Source: an uncultured delta proteobacterium
GTDB lineage: Bacteria > Myxococcota_A > Polyangia > Polyangiales > B10-G4
DNA: 64,000 nt
Assembly: GCA_963727445.1 (NCBI GenBank)
Contig: CAVSGI010000014.1
Location: forward strand, 128,001 to 192,000
Reading direction: 5' to 3'
The notes beneath the pieces are model-generated. The model did not search any database. It was not told where the DNA came from and saw only the letters and a list, made by a program, of their open reading frames with translations. Every line of letters begins with the position of its first letter. The first letter of the stretch is position 1. Of this stretch, positions 23,382-33,372 are shown piece after piece. The translations under genes were made by a program, and so were the position numbers.

Positions 23382-24172
23382 AGCCGCGACTCCTCATCCT
23401 CGCCCTCGCCTGGGGGCTCAGCATCACGAGCATCTCTTCTTCGGCCGCGGCTGACGACGACGTGGAGCCCTACGCGCGCGTCATCGTCGATCGCACCATC
23501 CTCCGCTCGGGCCCAGGCGCGAGCTACCGGCGGGTCTACGTCGCGGAACGCAACGAGGTGTTCCCGGTGCACGCCCGCTCGACCCGCGGGGGCTACTGGT
23601 TTCAGGTCGAGCTCCCCGACGCGACGCTCGGTTCGATCCTCGGCGACACCGTCTACGTTCACGAGGTCACGGACGAGGAGGCGAGCGGGGGCCGCTTCTT
23701 GCCGGGTCTCTTCGCGCCCCCTCCCCTGCCCGACGCGGTAGGCGAGCTGGCGGTGGTCGGGGGCGCCCTCGGTACGCGCTTCGGTTTTGGCGGCGGCGGC
23801 GGCTTCATGGCCATCCGCCCCACCATCTACCTGGTCCCGCAGTTCGGCTTCGAGGCCACCCTGTCGGCGACCGTGTCGCAACAAGGGCGCATCTACATGG
23901 GCACGCTCGGCGCGATCATCAATCTCTTCCCGCGCTCACCCATCGTCCCCTACCTCGTGGTCGGCGGCGGCGGCTCCATCAGCGACCCGAACGCCGACAC
24001 CTTCCTCCTCGAAGGAGGCACCACGGCGGTCGCCTATGGCGGCGGCGGACTGCGCTTCGGCTTCCTCTATCGAATCACGCTCCGTATCGAGGCGCGTGCG
24101 TACGCCTTCTTCACCCCCGACCTCTACGTCCCTCAGGAGGAGTTCAGCGGTGGCTTCACTGTTTTCTTCTAG
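23378..24172 (+). CDS. SH3b-like domain fused to a small outer-membrane beta-barrel
   Basis: Signal peptide, ILRSGPGASY..WFQVELPD (SH3b-like), amphipathic strands (PYLVVGGG, YGGGGLRF), terminal Phe. Confidence 0.7.
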   Translation: MKPRLLILALAWGLSITSISSSAAADDDVEPYARVIVDRTILRSGPGASYRRVYVAERNEVFPVHARSTRGGYWFQVELPDATLGSILGDTVYVHEVTDEEASGGRFLPGLFAPPPLPDAVGELAVVGGALGTRFGFGGGGGFMAIRPTIYLVPQFGFEATLSATVSQQGRIYMGTLGAIINLFPRSPIVPYLVVGGGGSISDPNADTFLLEGGTTAVAYGGGGLRFGFLYRITLRIEARAYAFFTPDLYVPQEEFSGGFTVFF

Positions 24173-24383
24173 AACGCTCGCATCGGCAGTGCTCGTCGTC
24201 GTCTCCCTGTTCGGCATCACCGGCTGCGTCACCGTGCGCCCCGAGGACAAGGAGTTCCTCGCGCAGCCCTCCATGACCTTCGGCGGCGGACCCACCAAGG
24301 CCCACGACGAGCACATCTTCTCGAACCGCGAGGGTTCCTACGGCGCCGGCGGCGTGACGGGAGGCGGCTGCGGATGCAACTGA
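24150..24383 (+). CDS. DUF4266-family small lipoprotein
   Basis: AGGAGG SD before the GTG; GC-VTVRPEDKEFLAQPSM...[13 protein letters not shown] signature. Confidence 0.88.
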   Translation: MASLFSSRTLASAVLVVVSLFGITGCVTVRPEDKEFLAQPSMTFGGGPTKAHDEHIFSNREGSYGAGGVTGGGCGCN

Positions 24384-25648
24384 GCACCCGGAAAGCTCCG
24401 GGTCGCCACGCTCCCACGCGCTCACCCGGGCGCTGGCCGTGGACGAACGCCCTCGCGCTGTGGGCCGTGGCCGCCCTGGCCGCGGTGCCGGCGTCCGCGC
24501 GCGCGCAGAGCTCGGCCGACGTCACGGGCACGGTCTTCTACGAGTCCGGCGGACCGCTCAACATGCTCGTCATCAACCCCGGGGTGGACGTCAACGGCAA
24601 TCTCGGGCCGGTGGACGTCTCGGTCGGCTACGAGGCGGACATCGTCAGCGGCGCGAGCGTGGCGGTGGTCGACGCACCCGCGCCCGAGGTCGACGCCATC
24701 TCCACCGCCACCCAGCTCAACGACGTTCGCCACACGGCCAAGGGCGCCCTCACCCTCGAGTCCGACTTCGCCACCCTCACCGGTGGGTACAGCTTCGGTC
24801 GTGAGAACGATTACCGGTCGCACAGTATGTTCCTGGCGGCCCGGGCCGAGATGTTCGAGCGCGACACGGCCTTCGACATCAGCTACGCGCGCGGCTGGGA
24901 TTCGGTCTGCAACATGCCGATCTCGGACAACCCCGAGGCCGTGGACCGACCCCGCATGCCGAACTCCCAGGGGTGTTTCGACGACAGCGATCCCACGCGC
25001 GTCGAGCTCCCACTGAACCTGCAGACCTTCCAGGGTGGGTGGACCCAGGCCTGGACGCCCATCTTCACCACCCAGGCGACCTTCACCGCGCAGGTCCTCG
25101 AGGGCTATCAAGGCAATCCCTACCGCGCGGTCTGGCTCGGAAGATCGGCAGCTCAGGAGCACCACCCCGACAACCGAACGCGCTACGCCATCGGCATCGA
25201 CTCGCGCCTCTACCTCGAGCCACTCGCAGGCACACTGTCGGCGACGGTGCGCGGTTATCGCGACACCTGGGACATCCTCAGCATCACCGCCGAGCTCGGC
25301 TACTACCAGCAGATCGGTGAAAACCTGAGCCTCAAGGTGCGCGGTCGCTACTACAACCAGACGAGCGCCATCTTCTTCTCGGACAATTACGCGCTCATGC
25401 CGCGCGGCGAATACTTCACGGGCGACCGTGAGCTGTCGGCGATGAGCAGCTGGGTCATCGGCGGCACTCTGAAGCTGGACATCCCTGCCAGCGACGGAGG
25501 CGCGGTTCTCGGATTCATGGAGACCTTCGCGTTGGTCGGCAAAGCAGACGTGATGTTGATGGACTTCCCCGACTTCCACTACGGGCGCGTCGCGGTCCCG
25601 AACACCACGGCCATCACCGGCACCCTGTCCCTGGAGTCGACCTTCTGA
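24374..25648 (+). CDS. DUF3570-family outer-membrane protein
   Basis: ADIVSGAS, DAISTA, ENDYRS, GYQGNPYRAV, EHHPDNRTR, YRDTWDI, RYYNQTSA.FF, DRELS, terminal Phe; follows DUF4266. Confidence 0.85.
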   Translation: MQLSTRKAPGRHAPTRSPGRWPWTNALALWAVAALAAVPASARAQSSADVTGTVFYESGGPLNMLVINPGVDVNGNLGPVDVSVGYEADIVSGASVAVVDAPAPEVDAISTATQLNDVRHTAKGALTLESDFATLTGGYSFGRENDYRSHSMFLAARAEMFERDTAFDISYARGWDSVCNMPISDNPEAVDRPRMPNSQGCFDDSDPTRVELPLNLQTFQGGWTQAWTPIFTTQATFTAQVLEGYQGNPYRAVWLGRSAAQEHHPDNRTRYAIGIDSRLYLEPLAGTLSATVRGYRDTWDILSITAELGYYQQIGENLSLKVRGRYYNQTSAIFFSDNYALMPRGEYFTGDRELSAMSSWVIGGTLKLDIPASDGGAVLGFMETFALVGKADVMLMDFPDFHYGRVAVPNTTAITGTLSLESTF

Positions 25649-26580
25649 TGCGTGCGCGCGCCGCTCTCCTCGCCGCCGTGCTCGCCGCCGGCTGTGGAAA
25701 CCAGGTCAACGGTCAGGCGCCGGCGCAGGAGACAATCGACGAGGGGCCGCCGCCACCGGCAGGCTCCACCTGCACCGACCGCTGCCCGCACGGCCAGCTC
25801 TGCGTCGAAGGCCACTGTCGCTATCGCCAGAGCAGCACGGCCGGCGAGATCCAGGCGGCGGGCGCCGCGGCTCAGCTGGCGGTGGGCGACGCCGCCGGCG
25901 CGCTCGCGAGCTACGAGCTGGCGCTCGAAGCCTTCGCCGCCGCCGAGGTCGCCGTGCCACCCGAGGTGCTCTGCGGCGCGGCCAAGGCAGCCCTCCGCGT
26001 GGCGACCAATCAGGAGACGAAAGAAGCCGCCGCGCGGCGCGCGGACGCGTGCTTCCGGGGCTCGCTCCCGGGCGACCCGCTCCGCGTGGAGGTGGAGGCC
26101 ATGATCTCGCGGCTGCGCTTCGACGGGCTCGACATGGGCGCCTTCGATCGCGCCGAGCCCGCCGATGCGTTCTTCACCCAGGCCCCGAGCCGCCCCACTC
26201 TCGATGCGGTCGAGGTCGCGCTCTCGATCGGCGACAGCGAGGAGCGCGGCTTCACCGAGCTGAGCGAGCGTCTGCTGGGCGAGTCCGCTCACCACGCCAT
26301 CGCCGGCTGCTTCGTCGAGGAGTGGGAGCGGACGCACGAGCGCCAACAGCACGCGAACTTGCTCCTGAAGTTCCAGACGCATCTGCGCGACATGGGTGAC
26401 TACGACCTCTACACGCCGGAGGTCGAAGTGGTGGCCGGCTCCGGTGAAGGCGAATCCGAGGCAGACGCCTTCGCGACCTGCCTGGCCGAGCACCTCGCGA
26501 CGGCGGTCGGCGCCGATCTGTCGAGCTTCCGCGGCAGCGTGAGCGCCTGGGAAGAACCTTCGAGATCACGGCTCGCGTGA
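25648..26580 (+). CDS. Hypothetical Cys-containing lipoprotein
   Basis: Lipobox LAAGC; CTDRCPHGQLCVEGHC module; start overlaps the DUF3570 stop. Confidence 0.7.
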   Translation: MRARAALLAAVLAAGCGNQVNGQAPAQETIDEGPPPPAGSTCTDRCPHGQLCVEGHCRYRQSSTAGEIQAAGAAAQLAVGDAAGALASYELALEAFAAAEVAVPPEVLCGAAKAALRVATNQETKEAAARRADACFRGSLPGDPLRVEVEAMISRLRFDGLDMGAFDRAEPADAFFTQAPSRPTLDAVEVALSIGDSEERGFTELSERLLGESAHHAIAGCFVEEWERTHERQQHANLLLKFQTHLRDMGDYDLYTPEVEVVAGSGEGESEADAFATCLAEHLATAVGADLSSFRGSVSAWEEPSRSRLA

Positions 26581-26597
26581 ACTGAGCGGTCTGTCCG

Positions 26598-27689
26598 TCA
26601 GAGGCCGCCGAGGCGGTACTGAGTGATCAGCCCTGCCAGGACGCTGAAGCTTCCCGTGCGGAACTCGTGGGCGAAGTAGAGACCCGAGCGGACGAAGAGG
26701 GTGAAGTCCCACACCGCGGGAAAGGGTTTGGGCCACCAGGCCATCACGAAGAGCCCCGCCTGGTGCCCGGTGTAGCCCGCGTTCGGGACGTGACGGTACG
26801 AGTCGAACAAGCCGTAGCGAAAGGCGAAGGCATCGGTGACGCGTGTCTCGACTCCGAGGAAAGCCTCGTTGGCGATGATCCAATCCTGCTTACGCATGAT
26901 CGCATCCCATCGCATGTTGAAGTAGTAGCTCGCGTCGCCGATGTCGTAGTAGCTGACGTTGAGGATGCTCAGAAGCAGGATGGCCCAGATGGGGCTCAGC
27001 GCGACCTTCGCGCGAAGGACGGCGTAGAGGTTGAGATTGAAGCCCGTCGCGGTGGTTCCCGCGCCGGCGGGCAGGTCCTCGTTCCGAAAGCCCCCGTGAT
27101 AATCGGTGCGGGGATAGTAGCCGGCGCGGTTGGTGGGAAGCGGCCAGTAGACGAGACCGCTCGCCTCTGCGCGGAACATCAGAAACGACAGCGGTGAGAT
27201 CTGCGCGTAGCCGCCGAGGTGGCTGAAGGCCGGCGAGGTCTCGTTGAGGATCCCGATCTCGACGTTCGTGTAGTCGAAGAGCACGCCCGGCTTTCGGACG
27301 AGCGGAAAGCACATGCCCAGACGCAGCTGGCTGAGCGCCCCGGTCGGATTCGTCTGCACCGCAAAGAGCTGGCTCAACACCCACTGCTCTTTGTATTGCC
27401 CCGCGCAATGACGCCCGTTCTCGCGCAGATACTCAGCGGCGCTGAGATTCTCGCGGCGCAGCACCACGACGTCCTCACCGGATCCCGTTCCCGCTGTCGT
27501 GTTCGGCGTGGACGCAGTCGGCGCGGGCCCCTCTCGTTGGGTATCCGGTGGCCCTTCACCCCCGTGGGGTTCGTCCCCCTGGTCCGCAGGAACCGTTCCC
27601 GTTCCCGTTCCCCTCGGCCCCTCCTGCGCGCGGGCGTTGGTCGCGACCATCAGAGCCAACGAAAGACAGAGTCCCAGCGTCCGAACCAC
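26598..27689 (-). CDS. Hypothetical exported protein, probable outer-membrane beta-barrel
   Basis: Signal peptide (NARA), low-complexity linker, alternating aromatic/hydrophobic strands. Confidence 0.65.
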   Translation of the reverse strand: MVRTLGLCLSLALMVATNARAQEGPRGTGTGTVPADQGDEPHGGEGPPDTQREGPAPTASTPNTTAGTGSGEDVVVLRRENLSAAEYLRENGRHCAGQYKEQWVLSQLFAVQTNPTGALSQLRLGMCFPLVRKPGVLFDYTNVEIGILNETSPAFSHLGGYAQISPLSFLMFRAEASGLVYWPLPTNRAGYYPRTDYHGGFRNEDLPAGAGTTATGFNLNLYAVLRAKVALSPIWAILLLSILNVSYYDIGDASYYFNMRWDAIMRKQDWIIANEAFLGVETRVTDAFAFRYGLFDSYRHVPNAGYTGHQAGLFVMAWWPKPFPAVWDFTLFVRSGLYFAHEFRTGSFSVLAGLITQYRLGGL

Positions 27690-27746
27690 CGCGCGAGTCT
27701 ACATGGGCATGGACGGGGCGTCGCCGCCTGATATGGTCCGCGCGCG

Positions 27747-28544
27747 ATGCATCCCGCTCTCGCCGCCGCCCTGGGAGCGGTCCAAGGTCTGACCGAGTTC
27801 CTGCCGGTCTCCAGCAGCGGCCACGTCTCGGTCATGGCCCTGTTCTTCGGCATTCCGGACATGCCGCTGTCGATGGTGATCGTCGTCCACGCCGGTACCC
27901 TGGTCGCGACGCTCCTGGTCGTGGGGCGGGACGTGGGGCAGCTGACGTCGCAGAGCCTGCGGTCCTTCACCCGGCCCAAGGCGTTCCTCGCGACCGACCA
28001 GGGCCGCCTGGTGGCCGGCGTGGTGATCGCCACCCTTCCGACCGCGGTCATCGGCCTCGCGATCAAGGACCTGGTCGAGTCCTGGTCCCACGTGCCCTGG
28101 ATCGTGGCCCTCTGCTTTCTCGGCACAGCCGGCATCCTCTGGACGACACGCGGCACACAAGCGGGCCAGAAGGTCACCCTCTCCTACGGCGCGTACTTCC
28201 TCATCGGCCTGGCCCAGGGTCTGGCGGTGCTGCCGGGCATCAGCCGGAGCGGCACCACCATCGCGGTGGCGATGCTCCTCGGGATGAAGCCCGGAGAGGC
28301 CTTTCGCTTCTCCTTCCTCCTGTCCCTGCCCGCCGTCTTCGGCGCGGTGGTCCTCGAGCTGCGCGACCCCGCGGTGCTCGCCCAGCTCGGCAACGCGGCG
28401 TGGATCGCGGGCACCGTCGCGTGCGTCGTGGGTTGGGGCTGCCTCCTGCTGCTCCGGCGAGTGGTCGACAGCGGACGGCTGTGGATCTTCTCGCTCTATC
28501 TGGTACCCGTCGCGACGGGCCTGCTCATCTGGGACCTCCTCTGA
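27747..28544 (+). CDS. uppP: Undecaprenyl-diphosphatase (BacA family)
   Basis: GAVQGLTEFLPVSSSGH, PGISRSGTT, FSFLLSLP. Confidence 0.96.
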   Translation: MHPALAAALGAVQGLTEFLPVSSSGHVSVMALFFGIPDMPLSMVIVVHAGTLVATLLVVGRDVGQLTSQSLRSFTRPKAFLATDQGRLVAGVVIATLPTAVIGLAIKDLVESWSHVPWIVALCFLGTAGILWTTRGTQAGQKVTLSYGAYFLIGLAQGLAVLPGISRSGTTIAVAMLLGMKPGEAFRFSFLLSLPAVFGAVVLELRDPAVLAQLGNAAWIAGTVACVVGWGCLLLLRRVVDSGRLWIFSLYLVPVATGLLIWDLL

Positions 28545-28554
28545 AGATCACGAC

Positions 28555-29634
28555 ATGGCAAACGACGACGCACACACCCACGCGGTGATCATGGCCGGCG
28601 GCTCGGGCAAGCGCTTCTGGCCCGCATCCCGCCGCGCCCGCCCCAAACAGCTCCTCCCCCTCGCGGGGGGAGACGAGCCGTTGATCGCCGCCACGCTCCG
28701 GCGCCTCGAGGGCCTCGCGACGGCGGAGCACAGCTGGATCGTCACCAGCGAGCTCCTCGCCGAGGCCACCGCGAAGGCCGTTCCCTCCCTGCCGCGCGAC
28801 AACGTCCTGGCGGAGCCGGTGGGACGCAACACCGCGCCGTGCGTGGGCTGGGCCGCTTCGATCATCGCGCGCACCGATCCCGAAGCGGTGATCGCGGTTC
28901 TGCCCGCCGACCATCACATCGGTGATGAGGAGGGCTACCGGGCGGTGCTCGCGCGCGCCATCGCCGCCGCGCGACAGGGCGACGTCGTCACCGTCGGCAT
29001 CACCCCCACCCGCCCCGAGACCGGCTACGGCTACATCGAGGTCGGCGAAGAGATCGCCGCCGGCGTGAACCGCGCCCAGCGCTTCGTCGAGAAGCCGGAC
29101 CGGGCGCGCGCCGAGGAGTATCTCGCCCAGGGACGCTTCCTCTGGAACAGCGGGATGTTCTTCTTCCGCGCCGACGTGATCCTCGCTGCCATCCGCGAGC
29201 ACCTGCCGGAGCTCGGAAGCGCCCTCGCCGACTTCGATGCGGCGGCCGCGGAAGGCAAGGAGACAGCGGTCGTGACCGAGCGCTACTCCTCGCTTCCCTC
29301 GATCTCGATCGATCACGGCGTGATGGAGAAGGCGGAGCGCGTGGCTGTGGTGCCCGGCGACTTCGGCTGGTCCGATCTCGGCAGCTGGACCACCGCCTGG
29401 GAGCTCGCCGACAAAGACCAGCATGACGACGCCGGGCCCGAGGACGCGATCTTCATCGACGCCTCCGGCAGCTACGTCCGCGCGCCCGCCGGCAAGCTCG
29501 TCGCCCTGGTGGGCGTGAAGGATCTGGTGATCGTCGATACCGAAGACGCCCTGCTGGTGGTGCCGCGTGACCAGGCGCAGCGGGTCCGCGAGGTGGTCGA
29601 GGCCCTCGAGGCGCGAGGCGACCGCCGGCTCTGA
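28555..29634 (+). CDS. manC: Mannose-1-phosphate guanylyltransferase
   Basis: VIMAGGSGKRFWPASR..PKQ, EPVGRNTAP, LPADH, ETGYGYI, FVEKP, WNSGMF, WSDLGSW. Confidence 0.95.
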   Translation: MANDDAHTHAVIMAGGSGKRFWPASRRARPKQLLPLAGGDEPLIAATLRRLEGLATAEHSWIVTSELLAEATAKAVPSLPRDNVLAEPVGRNTAPCVGWAASIIARTDPEAVIAVLPADHHIGDEEGYRAVLARAIAAARQGDVVTVGITPTRPETGYGYIEVGEEIAAGVNRAQRFVEKPDRARAEEYLAQGRFLWNSGMFFFRADVILAAIREHLPELGSALADFDAAAAEGKETAVVTERYSSLPSISIDHGVMEKAERVAVVPGDFGWSDLGSWTTAWELADKDQHDDAGPEDAIFIDASGSYVRAPAGKLVALVGVKDLVIVDTEDALLVVPRDQAQRVREVVEALEARGDRRL

Positions 29635-29692
29635 TCCGATCGCGCCGTCGTCCGCGTCGACAGGGGTGGGTCTGTGGGGGTAAATAGCCGCC

Positions 29693-31060
29693 ATGACCGC
29701 CCACATCTTTCGCCAGTACGACATCCGGGGGGTCGCCGAGCGCGACATGCCGAGCGAGCTCGTCACCGATCTCGGCCGCGCCATCGGCACCTTCCTCTCG
29801 CGAAAGGGCGCGGAGCCCGGACGGCCGCCCCGCATCGCTGTCGGCCGCGATTGCCGGCTGAGCTCGCCCCGGCTGCACGAGGCGCTCACCGAGGGTCTGC
29901 TCGAGACCGGCGTGAGGCTGGTGGACATCGGCGTGACCCCCACCCCGCTCATGTACTTCAGCGTCTTTCAGCGCGAGCTCGACGGAGGCGTGCAGATCAC
30001 CGGAAGCCACAATCCGCCCGAGGACAACGGCTTCAAGATGATGGCCGGCAAGGGCACCCTCCACGGCGAAGACATCCAGCGCCTGCGCGAGATGATCGAC
30101 GCCCGCGACTTCGATCTCTTGGGCGGCGGCACGGTGGAGACGGTCGATCCCCTCCCGGCCTACGAGGGCTTCGTCCGCGGCAACGTGCGCCTTCGTCGGC
30201 GCGACATCCGCTTCGCCATCGACGCGGGCAACGGCGCCGCGGGTCCGGCGGCGGTCGCGGCTCTGCGCGCAGCGGGTCTGGACCCCATCACGCTGCTCTG
30301 TGAGATGGACGGCGCCTTCCCAGTGCACCACCCCGACCCCTCGCTCCCCGAGAACCTCGAGCTCCTCAAGAAGAAGGTCCTCGACGAGAACCTCGAGCTG
30401 GGCGTTGCCTACGACGGCGACGGTGACCGCATCGGCGTGATCGACGCGAAGGGCAACGTGATGTGGGGCGACAAGCTGATGGTCGTCTACTCACGCGCGC
30501 TTCTACGCGAGCGTCCCGGTGCGCCGATCCTCGGCGAGGTGAAGTGCTCGCAGACGATGTACGACGACATCGCCGCGCACGGCGGCCGCCCCATTCTCTG
30601 GAAGACCGGCCACTCCCTCATCAAGTCGAAGATGAAGGAGGAGAAGGCGCTCCTCGCGGGCGAGATGAGCGGACACGTCTTCTTCGCCGACCGGTACTTC
30701 GGTTTCGACGACGCGATCTACGCCACGCTCCGCCTCCTGGAGATCATCGCCGCCGAGGACCGCCCGCTCCACGAACTGATCGCGGATCTCCCCGATACCC
30801 ACGTCACCCCGGAGATCCGCGTGCCCTGCGCGGACGAGGCCAAGTTCCAGGTCGTCGACGAGGTCCTCGCGCACTATCGAAAGTCGCACGACGTGGTGGA
30901 CGTCGACGGCGCCCGGGTGCGTTTCGACGGTGGTTGGGGCCTGGTGCGCGCCAGCAACACCCAGCCCGTGCTGGTGATGCGCTTCGAAGCCGAGAGCGCC
31001 GAGCGACTCGACGCCATCAAGAAGGAAGTGGAACAGGTCGTCGACCGCGCGCAGGGATGA
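29693..31060 (+). CDS. Phosphomannomutase/phosphoglucomutase (AlgC/ManB-like)
   Basis: IFRQYDIRG, ITGSHNP, DGDGDR, GEMSGH, RASNTQP. Confidence 0.95.
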   Translation: MTAHIFRQYDIRGVAERDMPSELVTDLGRAIGTFLSRKGAEPGRPPRIAVGRDCRLSSPRLHEALTEGLLETGVRLVDIGVTPTPLMYFSVFQRELDGGVQITGSHNPPEDNGFKMMAGKGTLHGEDIQRLREMIDARDFDLLGGGTVETVDPLPAYEGFVRGNVRLRRRDIRFAIDAGNGAAGPAAVAALRAAGLDPITLLCEMDGAFPVHHPDPSLPENLELLKKKVLDENLELGVAYDGDGDRIGVIDAKGNVMWGDKLMVVYSRALLRERPGAPILGEVKCSQTMYDDIAAHGGRPILWKTGHSLIKSKMKEEKALLAGEMSGHVFFADRYFGFDDAIYATLRLLEIIAAEDRPLHELIADLPDTHVTPEIRVPCADEAKFQVVDEVLAHYRKSHDVVDVDGARVRFDGGWGLVRASNTQPVLVMRFEAESAERLDAIKKEVEQVVDRAQG

Positions 31061-33357
31061 ATGGCGAGACGGCAGAGGAGCGAGCGGCGGGCGCAAAGGC
31101 CCCCGTGAGATCACGCGCGCGCGCATTCTTCCGCGCATGCGCCCTCGCCTTTTTCCGCGCGCTCGGCGCCTTGCTCCTCGTGGTGGGCGCGTTCTGGCTC
31201 TCGGACCTCTTCGTCATCCTCGCCATGCACGGCGCTAGCGTCCGCAGCGCTCACGGGCTCATCGCCGCGCTCGGCGCCGCCTCCATCGTCGCCGTGCTCC
31301 TGGCGCTCGTCGCCACGCCGGTGAACGTGCTGCTCCCGGCGCCCCCTGGTCCCACCGTCCTTGCGCGCGTGCGGGGCTGGTTGGCGGAGGGAGACGCCGA
31401 GATGCGTCGCGCGCGCGCCACCGAGGCCGTCGCGTGGCTTGGCCTGTCGGGAGTCTTCTGCGCCGCGCTCTTCGTGATGGAGAGCCAGATCCTCGAGCGG
31501 GTGGTGACCGACCGCTTCCGCGCCGTGACGACCGCCCTCGGCGCGCTCGGGCTCTCGGTGATCGTCCTCTCGCTCCGGCGGCAGGCCATCCGCGTCGCCA
31601 CCCTCTTGCTCTCCCCGCTGCGTCGCATTCCGCGGCTCGGGCGCCTCTTCGACACGCCCAACCGTGCGCTCGGCACCCTGGTCGGTGTCGCGCTGATCGG
31701 GATCGCCATCTTCCTCGCGCTCGGCTGGGCGGTGTATCGCGCCCTTCCTTGGCTCGTCGTCAGCCGCCTCGCGGGAGCGGCGCTCGCGGGGCTCGGGCTC
31801 TTCTGGCTCTCTCGCAGGCTCTGGGACCGCGCTCGCAGGAGCCGGATCGTCACGCTCGGCGCCGCGGCGGCGCTCCTCCTCGCGAGCGTGCTCACGGCGT
31901 TCCTCCTCGAGCCCGACGCGTACACCGTCCGGCGCATCGCCTCCGAGGACACCCTCAGCGGCGAGATCGCGTACGGGTCACTGCGCTACGCCTTCGACTT
32001 CGATCACGACGGATACCTCGCGGTGCTCGGCGACGGAGACTGCAAGGAGCTGTCCTCGAGCATTCACCCGGCGGCCATCGACATCCCGGACAACCACGTC
32101 GACGAAAACTGCGACGGCTCCGACGCCACCTTCACCGCACTCGGCGCGCAGGCGTGGTCGGTCCCGCTGCCGGAAGAGGCGCCCCACGACCCGCCGGTGG
32201 TGCTCATCACCATCGACGGCGCCAGCCCCTACCACCTCGACATCGGCGGCCCGGGAGGCGGAAGCGATCCCGAGGACCGCGCGGACACACCGAACATCCG
32301 CGCCTGGGCCGAGAGCGGCCTCGCCTTCGATTACGCCTTCGTCGAGGGGCCTTCCACCCGCCTCTCTTTCCCGTCGCTCTTCACCTCGCGATGGGACAGC
32401 GAGCTCGAGCGCTCGCGCGCACCGCGTCTGCCCCACGCATTCTCCTGCGAGCACTGCCGCCTGGCGACGCTGGTGCAAGAGGCGGGCTACGACACGGTCG
32501 CCGTGGCTTCCGACGTCTACTTCTCACGCGCGCGCTGGAGCAGCCTGCTTCAGGGCTTCGCGACCGTCGACGAGAACGCGATCGGCCACGGCACGCACAA
32601 CGCCGAAGAGGTCACCGAACGTGCCATCGAGCACATCCGCGAGGAGCGCGACCGCCCGCTCTTCTTGTGGGTGCATTACTACGACGCGCACCAACCCTTC
32701 ACCCGCGTCGAAGGCGACACCGTCCAGGCAGACTCGCCTCTCGAGCTCCACCACCGTGAGCTCGCGTTCATCGATCAGCACATCCAGCCGCTCTTCGACG
32801 AGATCGAAGAGAAGCTCCCCGAGGCGCTGGTCATCCTCACCGCCGACCACGGAACCGTCTTCCGCGCACCCACCGACCGGCGGCGAGGCGCCTATGGCTA
32901 CGATCTCGACACCGCGGCGCTCCACGTCCCGATGCTCGTCCACGCGCCCTGGATCGCGCCCCGCCGCTCCGACGCGCTGGTGGCCTCCCTCGACGTGGTG
33001 CCGACGATCCTGAACGCCCTGCGCGTGGAGGACGAAGACATCGTGCTCCGGGGGCAGAGTCTCTTCCGTCACGTGACCAACGGGGACGCGCCGGAGGAAG
33101 GCCGCATGCTCTTCCATCAGTTCTTCCTGCCGGAGAAGGCGATCCGGGGAGAAGACGCCCTCGAGCAGGTGAGTGTTCGAACCGATCGCTACAACCTCAT
33201 CTTCAATCGCAAGGCGGCGCGTTGGGAGATGTACGACTGGCAGGCGGACTACTTCGAACAGGACGACCTCCTCGACATCCACCCGCCGCCGGCCGAGCGC
33301 GGCCCGCTCACGCGGACCCTCGAAGGCTTCGTCTACGCGATCTACGAGGAGCCCTGA
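31057..33357 (+). CDS. Membrane-anchored sulfatase/alkaline-phosphatase-superfamily protein
   Basis: About 7 TM helices, DFDHDGY...DC...IHPAAIDIPDNHVDENCDG metal-binding repeat, LITID, WVHYYDAH, LTADHG, LHVPM. Confidence 0.82.
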   Translation: MNGETAEERAAGAKAPVRSRARAFFRACALAFFRALGALLLVVGAFWLSDLFVILAMHGASVRSAHGLIAALGAASIVAVLLALVATPVNVLLPAPPGPTVLARVRGWLAEGDAEMRRARATEAVAWLGLSGVFCAALFVMESQILERVVTDRFRAVTTALGALGLSVIVLSLRRQAIRVATLLLSPLRRIPRLGRLFDTPNRALGTLVGVALIGIAIFLALGWAVYRALPWLVVSRLAGAALAGLGLFWLSRRLWDRARRSRIVTLGAAAALLLASVLTAFLLEPDAYTVRRIASEDTLSGEIAYGSLRYAFDFDHDGYLAVLGDGDCKELSSSIHPAAIDIPDNHVDENCDGSDATFTALGAQAWSVPLPEEAPHDPPVVLITIDGASPYHLDIGGPGGGSDPEDRADTPNIRAWAESGLAFDYAFVEGPSTRLSFPSLFTSRWDSELERSRAPRLPHAFSCEHCRLATLVQEAGYDTVAVASDVYFSRARWSSLLQGFATVDENAIGHGTHNAEEVTERAIEHIREERDRPLFLWVHYYDAHQPFTRVEGDTVQADSPLELHHRELAFIDQHIQPLFDEIEEKLPEALVILTADHGTVFRAPTDRRRGAYGYDLDTAALHVPMLVHAPWIAPRRSDALVASLDVVPTILNALRVEDEDIVLRGQSLFRHVTNGDAPEEGRMLFHQFFLPEKAIRGEDALEQVSVRTDRYNLIFNRKAARWEMYDWQADYFEQDDLLDIHPPPAERGPLTRTLEGFVYAIYEEP

Positions 33358-33372
33358 GGGGCCGCAAGCAGC

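Noticed and set aside
27594..27613. Short (GTTCCC)n run resembling the array at 725-851
   Set aside because: Only about 3 units, in frame within a Gly-Thr linker of a coding gene.
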